Virus record (IMG/VR): IMGVR_UViG_3300049846_002130
Span: 119,529 to 183,528 of that record
DNA from: a virus
Strand: one strand, 5' to 3'
Length of the DNA: 64,000 nt
Made by a program: the position numbers and the translations under genes. This document shows positions 19,212 through 29,900 of this stretch, piece after piece. Position 1 is the stretch's first letter; each line of letters starts with the position of its first letter. A model generated the notes under the pieces. It had not been told where the DNA came from and did not search any database. It saw only the letters and a list, made by a program, of their open reading frames with translations.

Positions 19212-19304
19212 TCTTTCTCCTGGTTACCTATCCATAGCTGCCGTCAGGCAGCACCTACTTCTTGACTACTTTCAAATACAACTATATAATTAACTTAATT
19301 TAAA

Positions 19305-20489
19305 ATGCAGACTACGAAACAAATTATTACTTATAATCTTTCTTCTACTTTTGAAGAGCAGGAGCTGATCAAACTAGCTTCACCTCTTCGATTGGTTAAT
19401 ATATCTGCTGAAATTACTGATGGCTCTGGTACCTTTAGTATAGAGATTAGAGAACGATCTGGTACGGTAAATCCGACATATATACCAGTTTCGTATACTG
19501 CTATATCGGAACTTAATGAATATCCCGATGTAGATATATTCCCTTTTAGTTCTAATAATAGAAATATTATTTGGATTGCTCTTAAAAAAGATTCTGGAAC
19601 TATTAATACTCTTAGAGTTAATCTTCGGTTTAATTATGGTCCAGAAACTGATGTGCTAGATGTTTCTAGAGGTGGTACGGGGCAAAGTAATGTTGTTGAT
19701 GCTTTAAATGCTTTATTACCCTCACAGACTGGTAACGCAGGCTTTTATTTATCAACAGATGGTATTAATGCTTTATGGGCTCCCGTAGCCGGGGGTGGGG
19801 GTCCTGGTATCTCTGATGGTGACAAAGGAGATATAACTGTTAGTGGCAGCGGATTAGTTTGGACTATAGATAATAGTACTATTACAAACTCAAAGTTAGC
19901 TGATATGTCGGCCAGTACTTTAAAGGGCAATAATACTGGTAGTTCTGGGGCACCATTAGATTTAACCACCACACAAGTAAAATCAATGTTGGCTATTACT
20001 GAAAGTGATGTAGCTAATCTTACTTCTGATCTTGCAGCAAAAGCTCCTTTAGCTAGTCCGACATTTACAGGAACAGTTGTTTTACCAACAAATACATCTA
20101 TTGGTAGTGTAAGCTCTACAGAAATTAGCTATATAGATGGTGTAACTAGCAGTATTCAAACACAACTAGATAGTAAATCTAGTATAGGTCATACACATGT
20201 TGTTGCAAACATTACTGATTATACTAGTAGTACAAACTCATTAATTTCTACAGCTATAACAGCACATGCAGGAGCAGCCGATCCACATACTGGATATCAA
20301 CTAGAATCTGAAAAAAATGCTACTAGTGGTTATGCTGGACTTGATAGTTCAACCTTAGTTCCAGTAGCCTTATTGGGTACCGGAACAGCTAATTCGTCTA
20401 AGTTTTTACGTGGTGATCGTGTTTGGGCCACGCCAGCAGGTGGTGGTGGCGGAACAATAAATTCATATTTCCCCTCAGGCTGGGGATAG
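19305..20489 (+). CDS. tail fibre-like virion protein
   Basis: DGDKGDITV, KAPLASPTFTG, HTH motifs seen in phage fibre proteins. Confidence 0.6.
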   Translation: MQTTKQIITYNLSSTFEEQELIKLASPLRLVNISAEITDGSGTFSIEIRERSGTVNPTYIPVSYTAISELNEYPDVDIFPFSSNNRNIIWIALKKDSGTINTLRVNLRFNYGPETDVLDVSRGGTGQSNVVDALNALLPSQTGNAGFYLSTDGINALWAPVAGGGGPGISDGDKGDITVSGSGLVWTIDNSTITNSKLADMSASTLKGNNTGSSGAPLDLTTTQVKSMLAITESDVANLTSDLAAKAPLASPTFTGTVVLPTNTSIGSVSSTEISYIDGVTSSIQTQLDSKSSIGHTHVVANITDYTSSTNSLISTAITAHAGAADPHTGYQLESEKNATSGYAGLDSSTLVPVALLGTGTANSSKFLRGDRVWATPAGGGGGTINSYFPSGWG

Positions 20490-20497
20490 GAGCTTAA

Positions 20498-20929
20498 ATG
20501 GCTAAGACAACTACTTTTTCAAACGACTTAGTTGCATTAATTTTTAATGCAACAGCAATAGCTAACATTGCAGACAATGCTGCGTCGTCTCCAATAACCA
20601 TATTGTATGTTAGTCTACATACCTCCAGTCCTGGAGTTGGTGGAAACCAAACAACTAATGAGACTGCATATACTAACTATGCTAGGGTTGCTGTAAACAG
20701 AAACTCTGGAGGTTGGACAGTTGCTAGCGGCAGCGCAGCAAACACTGCGCTAATTCAGTTTCCAACTTGTGGTGCTTCTGGTAGTACAGTCACTCATGTT
20801 GGTATTGGAACCGCATCATCTGGTACCGGAAAGCTTTTGTATTCTGGAGCACTCTCAGCAAGCTTAGGTGTCTCTACAAACATACAGCCACAGTTTAGTG
20901 CAAGTGCTCTAACTACTACGGAATCATAA
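20498..20929 (+). CDS. probable phage tail/virion protein
   Basis: LYVSLHT..PG, E..YTNYARVAV, QFP.C motif family. Confidence 0.65.
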   Translation: MAKTTTFSNDLVALIFNATAIANIADNAASSPITILYVSLHTSSPGVGGNQTTNETAYTNYARVAVNRNSGGWTVASGSAANTALIQFPTCGASGSTVTHVGIGTASSGTGKLLYSGALSASLGVSTNIQPQFSASALTTTES

Positions 20930-21060
20930 TGCTAATCTGTGGAGATTGTAAGCAACCTGTAGTAATTAAGGATAATGTAATTGTTAGAAGTTGTAATCAT
21001 ACAGGTTCAATAATTGCTAACTTAACTGCAAAAGTAAAAGCACATGGCAATCTTAAATGA
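20929..21060 (+). CDS. 43-aa Cys-containing protein (MLICGDCKQP...)
   Basis: read manually; start overlaps upstream TAA, stop overlaps downstream ATG. Confidence 0.55.
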   Translation: MLICGDCKQPVVIKDNVIVRSCNHTGSIIANLTAKVKAHGNLK

Positions 21061-21908
21061 GTTTTAGAAGTTATAGAGATATTTATCTAGCAATAGAAGC
21101 TGGACAATATAATGTAAATACTTTTGCTAAAACTCAGTCACAAGTTAATACAGCTGCTATTGGTGTTGATTTATCTATGGCACCTGGTAATCCAAAGGCC
21201 AATTATTATATTGGTGATCCCCTAACTGCAACAACATTAACAGCTGGGGGTTTGACTCCAGCTAATGCTGTATCTCCATATAAAAAATATTTATATAGGC
21301 TTGGCATAGCAATGCCAACTAACGCAAACGGTAACTTAACAACATTTTATCTTTGTGACTACTTACTATTTTATTCGTTTATAGATATGAGTGATACATC
21401 TGAACAGGTGTTGGATAACACTATTAGTCTTCCTCGCTATACAACAGGTGAGGGAGTCCAGATGGCAGCTGTATTATTACAAACTCAAACCGGTGGAGTA
21501 ACCTTTTCTGTAAAGTATGTTAATTCTGATGGAACTACTAATAGAACTACACCAACTATTACCTGTAACACTTCAACAGCAGCTACCTGTATACTTAACA
21601 GTAATACTACTGGGACAACACCTGGTTTGTTTATGCCATTACAAATAGGAGATAAAGGTGTAAGAAGTATTACTTCTATAACATTTGATACAGCAGATAT
21701 AGGAGTAATGGCTTTAATTTTAGTTAAGCCAATAGCGACTTTAAATTACCATAGTAACGCAGCCTATGCAGAGACAGAATATCTTAGAGCTGGAAGCTCT
21801 TTGCCTGAAATTAAAGACGGAGCTTATCTAAACTTAATAGCTTGGGGTGGAGCCGGAAGCTGGGTAGGGTCTCCATTCACAGGAATGATCGAAACTATTT
21901 GGGGTTAA
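21057..21908 (+). CDS. probable virion protein
   Basis: paralogous to the next gene (LPRYT.G..V, PL..GD.GV..I). Confidence 0.6.
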   Translation: MSFRSYRDIYLAIEAGQYNVNTFAKTQSQVNTAAIGVDLSMAPGNPKANYYIGDPLTATTLTAGGLTPANAVSPYKKYLYRLGIAMPTNANGNLTTFYLCDYLLFYSFIDMSDTSEQVLDNTISLPRYTTGEGVQMAAVLLQTQTGGVTFSVKYVNSDGTTNRTTPTITCNTSTAATCILNSNTTGTTPGLFMPLQIGDKGVRSITSITFDTADIGVMALILVKPIATLNYHSNAAYAETEYLRAGSSLPEIKDGAYLNLIAWGGAGSWVGSPFTGMIETIWG

Positions 21909-21909
21909 A

Positions 21910-23064
21910 ATGCCAGGATTTACATCACAAGATGATATGATTAGTGAGATCTCTACTTTTGGTAAGACTTATAGAAATGATTGGAATAAATCTTTCTTAC
22001 CAACAACAGCAGCAGTAGCTGGTGAATGGCACTGTTTGGCAAGATCGCAGGGAAGTCCAACTGCTGATGCCCTTTATAATACTGGAACTAACTTGGCTTT
22101 TCAACCAGTTACAGATGCAACAGCTAATAATAGTTCATTTGTTCATGGTGGAGATGTAACTACTGATTATAAACACTTGTTAAGTGCTTCTGCTGTAGCT
22201 GCTACTGGTACAATTGTGCCATTTTATTTAATGTTAGTTGATCTAATTGGGTTTTATCGGGTAACTTCTGTTACTACGACAACACCACAATCTTTAACAA
22301 ATACATTAAGTGTTACTAATAACTTTACTGCAGATGCTTCTACAGATGTATGTACACATACATTTTATAATTTATTAGCTTATACAAGAGTAAGATTAAC
22401 TACAACAGTTACTCTTCCTGCTGGTTTAGCAACAGCTACAGACTACTATGTAATTAAGCTAACAGACACTACTTGTAAGTTGGCTTCATCATATGCCAAT
22501 GCTGTTGCTGGTACAGCAATAAATATTACTGATGCGGGTACAGGAACCCATACAATCAATACTTTGCTTCCTCGTTATACTAACGGAGCTAGAGTCCGCC
22601 CCTTTATGTGGAACACAAATGCTACCCCAATGGGAGCAGCAACACCCAACTTAAGTATTGGGTATACTAATGCTGCTCAGACAGGTAGCCGTGCCACACC
22701 AACAACCTTACCTATTGGAAAGACTGCTGCTGCTAATGGGCTCGTATTATATTCTGGAAACGGTTCTGGTAAATATGGACCCTTTATGCCTTTACAGGCG
22801 GGTGATACTGGTGTTGCCCAAGTAGATACGGTAACAATATCTGTTTCTTATGTATCTGGAGAGTTTTCTATAGGTTTAGCAGTACCACTTATGGCACTAC
22901 CTGCAACTACTTTAGGTGTAGCAACTGAAAGAGAATTTGTTAATCAATTTCCGTCATTACCTCGTATTTATGATGGTGCAAATCTACAGTTATTAATGTA
23001 TTCAGGTGCTAACACAGCTACGAGTACCCCAATGATGGGTCATCTTGAGTTTGCCTGGGGATAA
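21910..23064 (+). CDS. probable virion protein
   Basis: MPGFTSQDD..., LPRYTNG, PLQAGDTGV, SLPRIYDGA; inserted fibre-like segment. Confidence 0.6.
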   Translation: MPGFTSQDDMISEISTFGKTYRNDWNKSFLPTTAAVAGEWHCLARSQGSPTADALYNTGTNLAFQPVTDATANNSSFVHGGDVTTDYKHLLSASAVAATGTIVPFYLMLVDLIGFYRVTSVTTTTPQSLTNTLSVTNNFTADASTDVCTHTFYNLLAYTRVRLTTTVTLPAGLATATDYYVIKLTDTTCKLASSYANAVAGTAINITDAGTGTHTINTLLPRYTNGARVRPFMWNTNATPMGAATPNLSIGYTNAAQTGSRATPTTLPIGKTAAANGLVLYSGNGSGKYGPFMPLQAGDTGVAQVDTVTISVSYVSGEFSIGLAVPLMALPATTLGVATEREFVNQFPSLPRIYDGANLQLLMYSGANTATSTPMMGHLEFAWG

Positions 23065-23067
23065 TAA

Positions 23068-23961
23068 TTGCTTTTAAAGAATAAGAACACATTAGCTGGT
23101 CAGCCAGTTAGATATATAACTGGTAGCTTAGGTCACTTTCCAGAAAGCTTCTGGTCTGGTCCGACAAGAAGTCGGACAGCAATGAGTTCTATTTCTGCTG
23201 TACCTAATGGATACAACGATTCTCTTGCCTTAATCTTACCTCGTAGTACTAATGGTATAAGTTCCTATAATCAAATAATTGGGGACTCTGCTATTAGTGC
23301 TACACTAATAGCAGGGGCTCCTATAGTTGCTGCTGTTACTGGTAATGGAGATATTACTACAGCTGTAATTAGTTATATTACTGAGGGCGAAATAGCAGCT
23401 ACTCTTACCGGTAGCGGAGATATAGTTGGAACTCTTTCCTATATTACTCATTCAGATCTTGTAGCGGCCCTTACTGGAGACTCTAGTATTGTTGCAACTT
23501 TAACTGAAGGCAGAGTATTAGAAGCTGTACTTACAGGCGATAATACAATAACTGCAACTTTAATTGGTACATATCCAATTAGTTCTTCTATTGTAGGAAA
23601 TGGAGATATAGTAAGTGATCTACTCGGAATAGGCTATATGATTGTTACCATACCTGGTAGTAGTAGCACATCAGTAGGAGCTACTGATGTGCCAGCCTAT
23701 ATAGGTGCCACAATAACTGCAGCTGGAGAGACACTAACAACAACAAATGTTGCTTCTGCCGTATGGAGTGCTGTAGTCGAAGCTGGGTTCACTTACGAAC
23801 AAGCTATAGAAATACTACTTGCTGTAGCTGCCGGCAAAACAACAATAGTCGATCTAGGTGGAGGTGATGCTACTGTCACCTTTAGAGACCTAGATGATGT
23901 TGTTGATAGGGTAGTAGCAGATATGTCTGGTAGTGAGCGAACTAATGTAACTATTAGTTAG
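23068..23961 (+). CDS. probable virion protein with A.LTG repeats
   Basis: repeated (A/G)xLTG(D/S)xxI motifs; cassette context. Confidence 0.55.
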   Translation: MLLKNKNTLAGQPVRYITGSLGHFPESFWSGPTRSRTAMSSISAVPNGYNDSLALILPRSTNGISSYNQIIGDSAISATLIAGAPIVAAVTGNGDITTAVISYITEGEIAATLTGSGDIVGTLSYITHSDLVAALTGDSSIVATLTEGRVLEAVLTGDNTITATLIGTYPISSSIVGNGDIVSDLLGIGYMIVTIPGSSSTSVGATDVPAYIGATITAAGETLTTTNVASAVWSAVVEAGFTYEQAIEILLAVAAGKTTIVDLGGGDATVTFRDLDDVVDRVVADMSGSERTNVTIS

Positions 23962-24182
23962 AATAAGAAATTATCTAACTTATTTGCAGATAAAGTCTTA
24001 ATTTGATTCAAGATCTTATCTAGTTCTTCAATAGATTGAAATGATTTGGACCCTAAATAGGCTCTATGTCTTGCCCAAGATGGAAATCCCCATACATATA
24101 TTCTATTAGATTCTATCCGTATTGCTAGATTTTTAGCTTCAATTATAGAGTATAAATCAGCTAAACCAATCATCTGATCCAA
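23958..24182 (-). CDS. hypothetical protein
   Basis: coupled to the mnmA stop. Confidence 0.5.
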   Translation of the reverse strand: MDQMIGLADLYSIIEAKNLAIRIESNRIYVWGFPSWARHRAYLGSKSFQSIEELDKILNQIKTLSANKLDNFLF

Positions 24183-25225
24183 CCTCCGCCAATTACTTGG
24201 CCTTGTCTATAAACAACTGCTGCCTGTCCAGGTGTAACTACTGTTGGCGTTTCTATATGTATTGTTTTAGAACCATATACATCGTCTAAAGATATGGTTT
24301 TAACTGGAATACTATTCTTCCTATAGCGAATAACAACTTCAATATCGTTGGTTGGAGTGGGCTCTTCCCAACTAATCCAACCATCTACTCTAAAGCTAGT
24401 AACAGCATTAGCATCTCTAATGTCAGATACATATACTGTACTTGTATCCTTATCTATACGAGTAACAAACAACGGATTATTGCTTTGTGTAATATTTAAT
24501 CCACGACGTTGGCCAATAGTAAAGTTATGAAGACCATTATGCTTTCCTAAAGTGTTTCCATTCTCATGCTTAATTAAACCACTAGTACCAGAAAGATAAG
24601 TTACTATCTGCTTTTCTAAAAATTCTTTATGGGTACCATTAGGAGCAAAGCATAAATTTTGACTTTCTTGCTTATCTGCAATTGGTAAATCAAGCTCCTT
24701 AGCTAAAGCTCTTACATTTTCCTTAGTTAAAGTAGCTAGTGGAAAAAGAATTTTAGATCTAAACAATGGATCTATTGGGAATAGAAAATAAGATTGATCC
24801 TTATTACTATCAAAAGCTTTATAAAGCTTATTGTCAATTAGCTGAGCATAGTGTCCAGTCGCGACATAATCATATCCAAGCGTCTGTGCCAACTCAATAA
24901 GCAAATTGAACTTAAGAATGCCATTGCAATGAGTACACGGAATAGGAGTGCGGCCATTAAAGTATTCCTCCACAAAATTCTGAAGTACAAACTTCTTAAA
25001 GTGTGCTCGGTAATCTGTTACGAAGTATGGTATGTTAAGCTCACTACAAACTATATTGGCATCAATAGCATCTTGTTGTCCACAACAAGACTTTGATATA
25101 ACTTCTTTAACTTCGTCATGGAGCTTCATATGAACTCCAAGTACATCATGGCCATCTCTCTTGAGTAAAGCAGCAGCAACACTGCTGTCAACACCGCCTG
25201 ACATTGCTACTAAAACTTTAGACAT
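24170..25225 (-). CDS. mnmA: tRNA-specific 2-thiouridylase
   Basis: AMSGGVDSSV, CC, TPIPCTHCN, ATGHYA, KDQSYFL, ESQNLCF, TIGQRRG, TPGQAAV. Confidence 0.95.
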   Translation of the reverse strand: MSKVLVAMSGGVDSSVAAALLKRDGHDVLGVHMKLHDEVKEVISKSCCGQQDAIDANIVCSELNIPYFVTDYRAHFKKFVLQNFVEEYFNGRTPIPCTHCNGILKFNLLIELAQTLGYDYVATGHYAQLIDNKLYKAFDSNKDQSYFLFPIDPLFRSKILFPLATLTKENVRALAKELDLPIADKQESQNLCFAPNGTHKEFLEKQIVTYLSGTSGLIKHENGNTLGKHNGLHNFTIGQRRGLNITQSNNPLFVTRIDKDTSTVYVSDIRDANAVTSFRVDGWISWEEPTPTNDIEVVIRYRKNSIPVKTISLDDVYGSKTIHIETPTVVTPGQAAVVYRQGQVIGGGWIR

Positions 25226-25249
25226 AAAGATTCTCCTAGAGGTTAATTA

Positions 25250-26944
25250 ATGACTGGTGCTTTTAAACCTGGGGCTACATCCGGAACAACAGTAAGTGTC
25301 GAAGAACTTCCAGATACCTTAGGCCAGAGTACAATGGCTGGTAGCCTATCAGTTGTTATTGCAAGTGATCAAACTCCAATACCAATCTCTGGAAGTATTA
25401 CAGCTACCAATCCTAGTGTGGGTCTTACGGGTGATCCAGTTCCCACTTCCGCTACTTTTATTGGTGGAGAGAATGAATTTGGAGATCTATACGGTCCTAG
25501 AGTTTTTGATTTAGACTATTTAGGACCTGCTGAGTGGAACTTAGGTGTCAACCTTAGATTTGGTGCAGACGGAGGAAGTGTCGAAGCTGGTACAGCTCTA
25601 GATCCTATTCGTATTGACCCTACCGGAACCACTGCTCAACCTATTACTGATAATGGGGGAAGCCTTACTATAGATAGCTCTCAACTGCCCCCGGTCTTAG
25701 GATCAACAACTTCAGCTAATAGTTTGTCTGTTGTTCTTGCTAGCGATCATGGATTTGTTTTTGTTCATGATGGGGGCGGGTCTTTATCTGTAGATGATGG
25801 TGGGGGCTCCCTAACTGTAGACGGTACAGTTACAGCTAATATAGGTACTGCAGGTGGACTAGCTCTTAATACAACTCTTACTAATGGAACTCAAAAATCT
25901 ATTGTTCGTAGTGGAGATAAAGGTTCATCTGTTTCTGCAGATATAACATCAACCCCTCAAAGTGTTGATCATGAGGCTCTTGATATTCAATTATATCATT
26001 CTGGAACAGCTATAGATCCCACACAAATCAGAGCACTAACAGCTTCAGATATAGTAACTGCAGAGGTTAGTAGCTGGCTTGGAAGTACAGCTCCTACTGT
26101 TGGTCAAAAGTCTATGGCCAATTCAGTTCCAGTTGTTCTAGCTAGTGATCAAAGTACAATTGTAGTTTCTGGAACCGTTACTGCAAGTAACCCAAGTGTT
26201 GGTACTAATAATACTGCTGCCCCAGGTTCCTCTACACAGATAGGTGGGACTGATGGAACTAATCTTCAATCTGCTAGAGTTTTTGATTTGGATTCAGGTG
26301 GCGGAACCCAATATGTTATTGGGGTTGGATTACGCAAAGCAGCTTCAGGTGGTTCTGTTGAAGCAGGAACCTCAACAGATCCTTTAAGGACAGATCCTAC
26401 TGGAACAACTGCTCAACCCGTAACAGATAATGGTAGTTCTATTACTGTAGATGCACCTGTAGGAACCCCTGTAGCTGTTCGTCTTTCTGATGGAGCTGCT
26501 TTCTATGATGGAACGAAGACTGGTCAACTACCAACAGCTCTTGTTGGAGGGCGACTCGACACTAATATCGGAGCTTGGCTAGGCTCTACAACGCCCACAG
26601 TCGGTCAGAAGACTATGACAGATAGTCTTCCTGTTGTATTAGCTAGCAACCAATCTTCTCTTCAGGTAAACTTTCAGTCTTCAAGTAGTAGTGTAAGTAG
26701 TGTTGCTGCTAGTGCAACTAGTGTCACACTACTTGCCTCTAATTCCTCTAGGAAAGGAGCCAGCATTTATAACGATAGTACTAAGAATCTTTACATTAAG
26801 CTAGGATCTACAGCTTCTAGTACAAGCTTTAGTATATTACTTAATAATGGTGGTTATTATGAAGTACCCTTTGGATATACTGGAGTTATAGATGGTATTT
26901 GGAATATTGCATCAGGTAATGCTAGAATTACGGAGTTAACATAA
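25250..26944 (+). CDS. repetitive virion/tail-associated protein
   Basis: internal duplications; C-terminal RKGASIYN...LYIKLG...YYEVPFGYTG domain. Confidence 0.6.
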   Translation: MTGAFKPGATSGTTVSVEELPDTLGQSTMAGSLSVVIASDQTPIPISGSITATNPSVGLTGDPVPTSATFIGGENEFGDLYGPRVFDLDYLGPAEWNLGVNLRFGADGGSVEAGTALDPIRIDPTGTTAQPITDNGGSLTIDSSQLPPVLGSTTSANSLSVVLASDHGFVFVHDGGGSLSVDDGGGSLTVDGTVTANIGTAGGLALNTTLTNGTQKSIVRSGDKGSSVSADITSTPQSVDHEALDIQLYHSGTAIDPTQIRALTASDIVTAEVSSWLGSTAPTVGQKSMANSVPVVLASDQSTIVVSGTVTASNPSVGTNNTAAPGSSTQIGGTDGTNLQSARVFDLDSGGGTQYVIGVGLRKAASGGSVEAGTSTDPLRTDPTGTTAQPVTDNGSSITVDAPVGTPVAVRLSDGAAFYDGTKTGQLPTALVGGRLDTNIGAWLGSTTPTVGQKTMTDSLPVVLASNQSSLQVNFQSSSSSVSSVAASATSVTLLASNSSRKGASIYNDSTKNLYIKLGSTASSTSFSILLNNGGYYEVPFGYTGVIDGIWNIASGNARITELT

Positions 26945-26945
26945 G

Positions 26946-29900
26946 ATGTCTAGCACTAATAAAGCAGTAATATTATTAGATAGTACCGATGATATTCTTG
27001 TAGGCCAACGGGTATCTGCCGATAGCATTCCTGTTACAGTTGCATCTGATCAACCTGCTATTGCTGTTAGTATGTCTACATCTCCTTTACCAACAGGAGC
27101 TGCAACTGAAGCTACACTTAGCTCTTTATTAACATCATCACAATTACTTGATGATGTTATTTATACGGCTGGAACAAGTACTTATACAGAAGCAGCTAGT
27201 AAAGGCTCTCTAATTCTAGGTATTAGAAGAGATGCTGATACTTCATTAGTAGACACTACTAATGAGATGGCTCCGTTACAAGTAGATGCAAATGGTAGAC
27301 TAAAAGTTGAAGCTTTTTCTGGAGAGACATTACCAGTATCTCTTACATCTACAACTATAACTGGGACAGTAGCAGTAACCAAGTCTGGGACATGGACCTT
27401 AGATGCTAATTCTGGTGTAGATATTGGTGATGTTACAATTAATAATGCTTCTGGAGCTGGTGCTGTAAATATACAAGATGGTGGCAATTCAATTACTGTA
27501 GACGGAACAATTGCTGCTACTCAATCTGGAACATGGTCAACCAGAACACAAGATGGTTCTGGTAATAATATAACTTCTGCATCTAGAGGTTCTGAAAGAG
27601 CTTTATCTGTTCAGATAGTTGACGGTTCTGGCACACAAATAACCTCATTTGGTGGAGGAACACAATATACAGAAGATATTGCTGCTGCTGCTGATCCTAT
27701 TGGCAATATGCTACTTGTCGTACGAGCAGATTCTCTTGCATCAATAACAGATTCTGATGGCGATAATTTAGCATTAAGAGCAACCAATAAAGGTGAGTTA
27801 TACGTAAAGCAAACCGATGCTATTCCGGTAACTGATAATGCTGGTAGTTTAACTGTAGACAATGGAGGTACTTTTGCGGTTCAAGAAAGTGGAGCTGCAC
27901 TAACTTCACTCCAACTTATAGATGATATTGTTGGTACAGCTGGCTCTGCTATTACAAGTAAAGCTGGTGTTGTAGCTGGTAGTGATGGAACAACTACAAG
28001 AATCATTTCTACAACAGCAACTGGAATAGTAAAAGTAGATTTGTCTGGAACCAATGCTAATAGTACGGCTGTTAAAGTAGATGGCTCTTCTTTTACTCAA
28101 CCAGTTAGTGGTACGGTCACTGCTAATTTGGCTGCTGGAACTAACAATATTGGTGATGTTGATGTTTTAACAGTTCCTGCTCCTTTATCAACAACTGGTA
28201 ATGGAACAGCAGCAACGGCTTTACGGGTTACTGTAGCTTCTGATTCTACAGGTGTTTTAGCTGTTACAGATAATGGTGGAAGCCTCACTGTAGATGGTAC
28301 TGTGGCTGCCACCCAGTCTGGGACATGGAATATTACCAATATTTCTGGAACGGTATCACTACCAACAGGAGCAGCTACACTATCTGAACAACAAACACAA
28401 ACAACTTCTTTGCAATTACTTGATGATGTTGTTGTTGTTGATAATGCTGCTTTTACTGATGGGACAACAAAACTTTCTATGGCTGGCTACATCTACGACG
28501 ATGTAGCTGGAACAGCATTATCTGAAAACGATGCTGCTGCAGCTAGAATCAATAGTAATAGAGCATTAGTTAATACTATTGAAGATGGTGCAACTAGAGG
28601 CAGATACGCGACAGTTACTGCTTCAAATGCTATCAAAGTAGATGGTTCGGCAGTAACACAGCCAATATCTGCTTCCTCTTTGCCATTGCCTACTGGTGCC
28701 GCAACCGAAACAACTCTAACTGGTGTATTAACAACATCGGCCTTTCAGGCAAGAGTAAATACTCTCGGCCAGAAGACTATGGCTAACTCAACACCAGTCG
28801 TCGTCGCTTCTGACCAGACTGCGATACCCTCATCGCAGTCTGGAGCTTGGACAGTCACTGCTAACGCAGGCACCAATCTGAATACGTCTGCTCTAGCTTT
28901 AGAATCTGGTGGTAATCTAGCCTCGGTTGTTACAAATACAACTAACATTCCTAATGTTATAGGTACAGCTGCTTCAGCAATTCCATCTAAACTTATTCAA
29001 GTAGGCGGTAGCGATGGTACAAATGCTAGAGCAATTAGAACAAACACATCTGGTCAGCTAGATATTCGGCCGCTAACAAACGCTGATGTTGTTAAGTCTC
29101 AGCTTCAAGATAATGCTGGAAATGGTTTAACTAGTAACAGTACTACCTATACTGCAAAGTTTGCTTTAGATGAAAACTTGCTAGGTACTTTAGGCACTGC
29201 TTTTTCAACTCCTGGTAAGGTAGATATTAAGGGTGCTGACGGAGATGTCTTTGTCAGACAAGCAACAGCTTCAAACCTTAATGCAACAGTTGTTGGCACA
29301 GGAACTTTTGCCGTCCAAGCAGCTCAAAGCGGTACCTGGACAGTTCAGCCAGGTAATACAGCCAATACAACAGCATGGCTTGTTACTGGAACCGGCGGCA
29401 CCTTCCCAGTAACTGATTCTGGTGGTTCTTTAACTGTAGATAATAATGGAACATTTGCAGTTCAAGCATCTATTGCTGCTGGAGCTACAAGTATTGCAAA
29501 GGCCGAAGACGTTGCAAGTGCTAATGCAGATGTTGGTGTCCCTGCTATGGCAGTGCGTAAAGCTGTCCCAGCTAATACATCTGATACAGATGGCGACTAT
29601 GAAATGCTACAACTTAACCGTGGACGTTTATGGACTACGGCTACAGTTGATGCTTTACCTGCTCATGCATATGATATTTTTGGCAAAATAAGAATCTCTG
29701 AGCAATTTAATGATGTTGAGGTACAGTTCCATAGAGACTCACCGGCAAATCTTGTAACAATTACTGCTGCTGGTACGCCTAATGGAACAGCCGACAACAC
29801 CACTGTACCTGGTTTAATGCAAATGGCAACAGGTACGGGAACAACTGGTGAAATTAAAGCAGTTACAAAAGATTCGGTTATCTATCGTTCGGGTGCTGAA

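Noticed and set aside
18148-19293. Plus-strand ORFs inside the S8 protease gene
   Set aside because: Antisense to a well-supported gene
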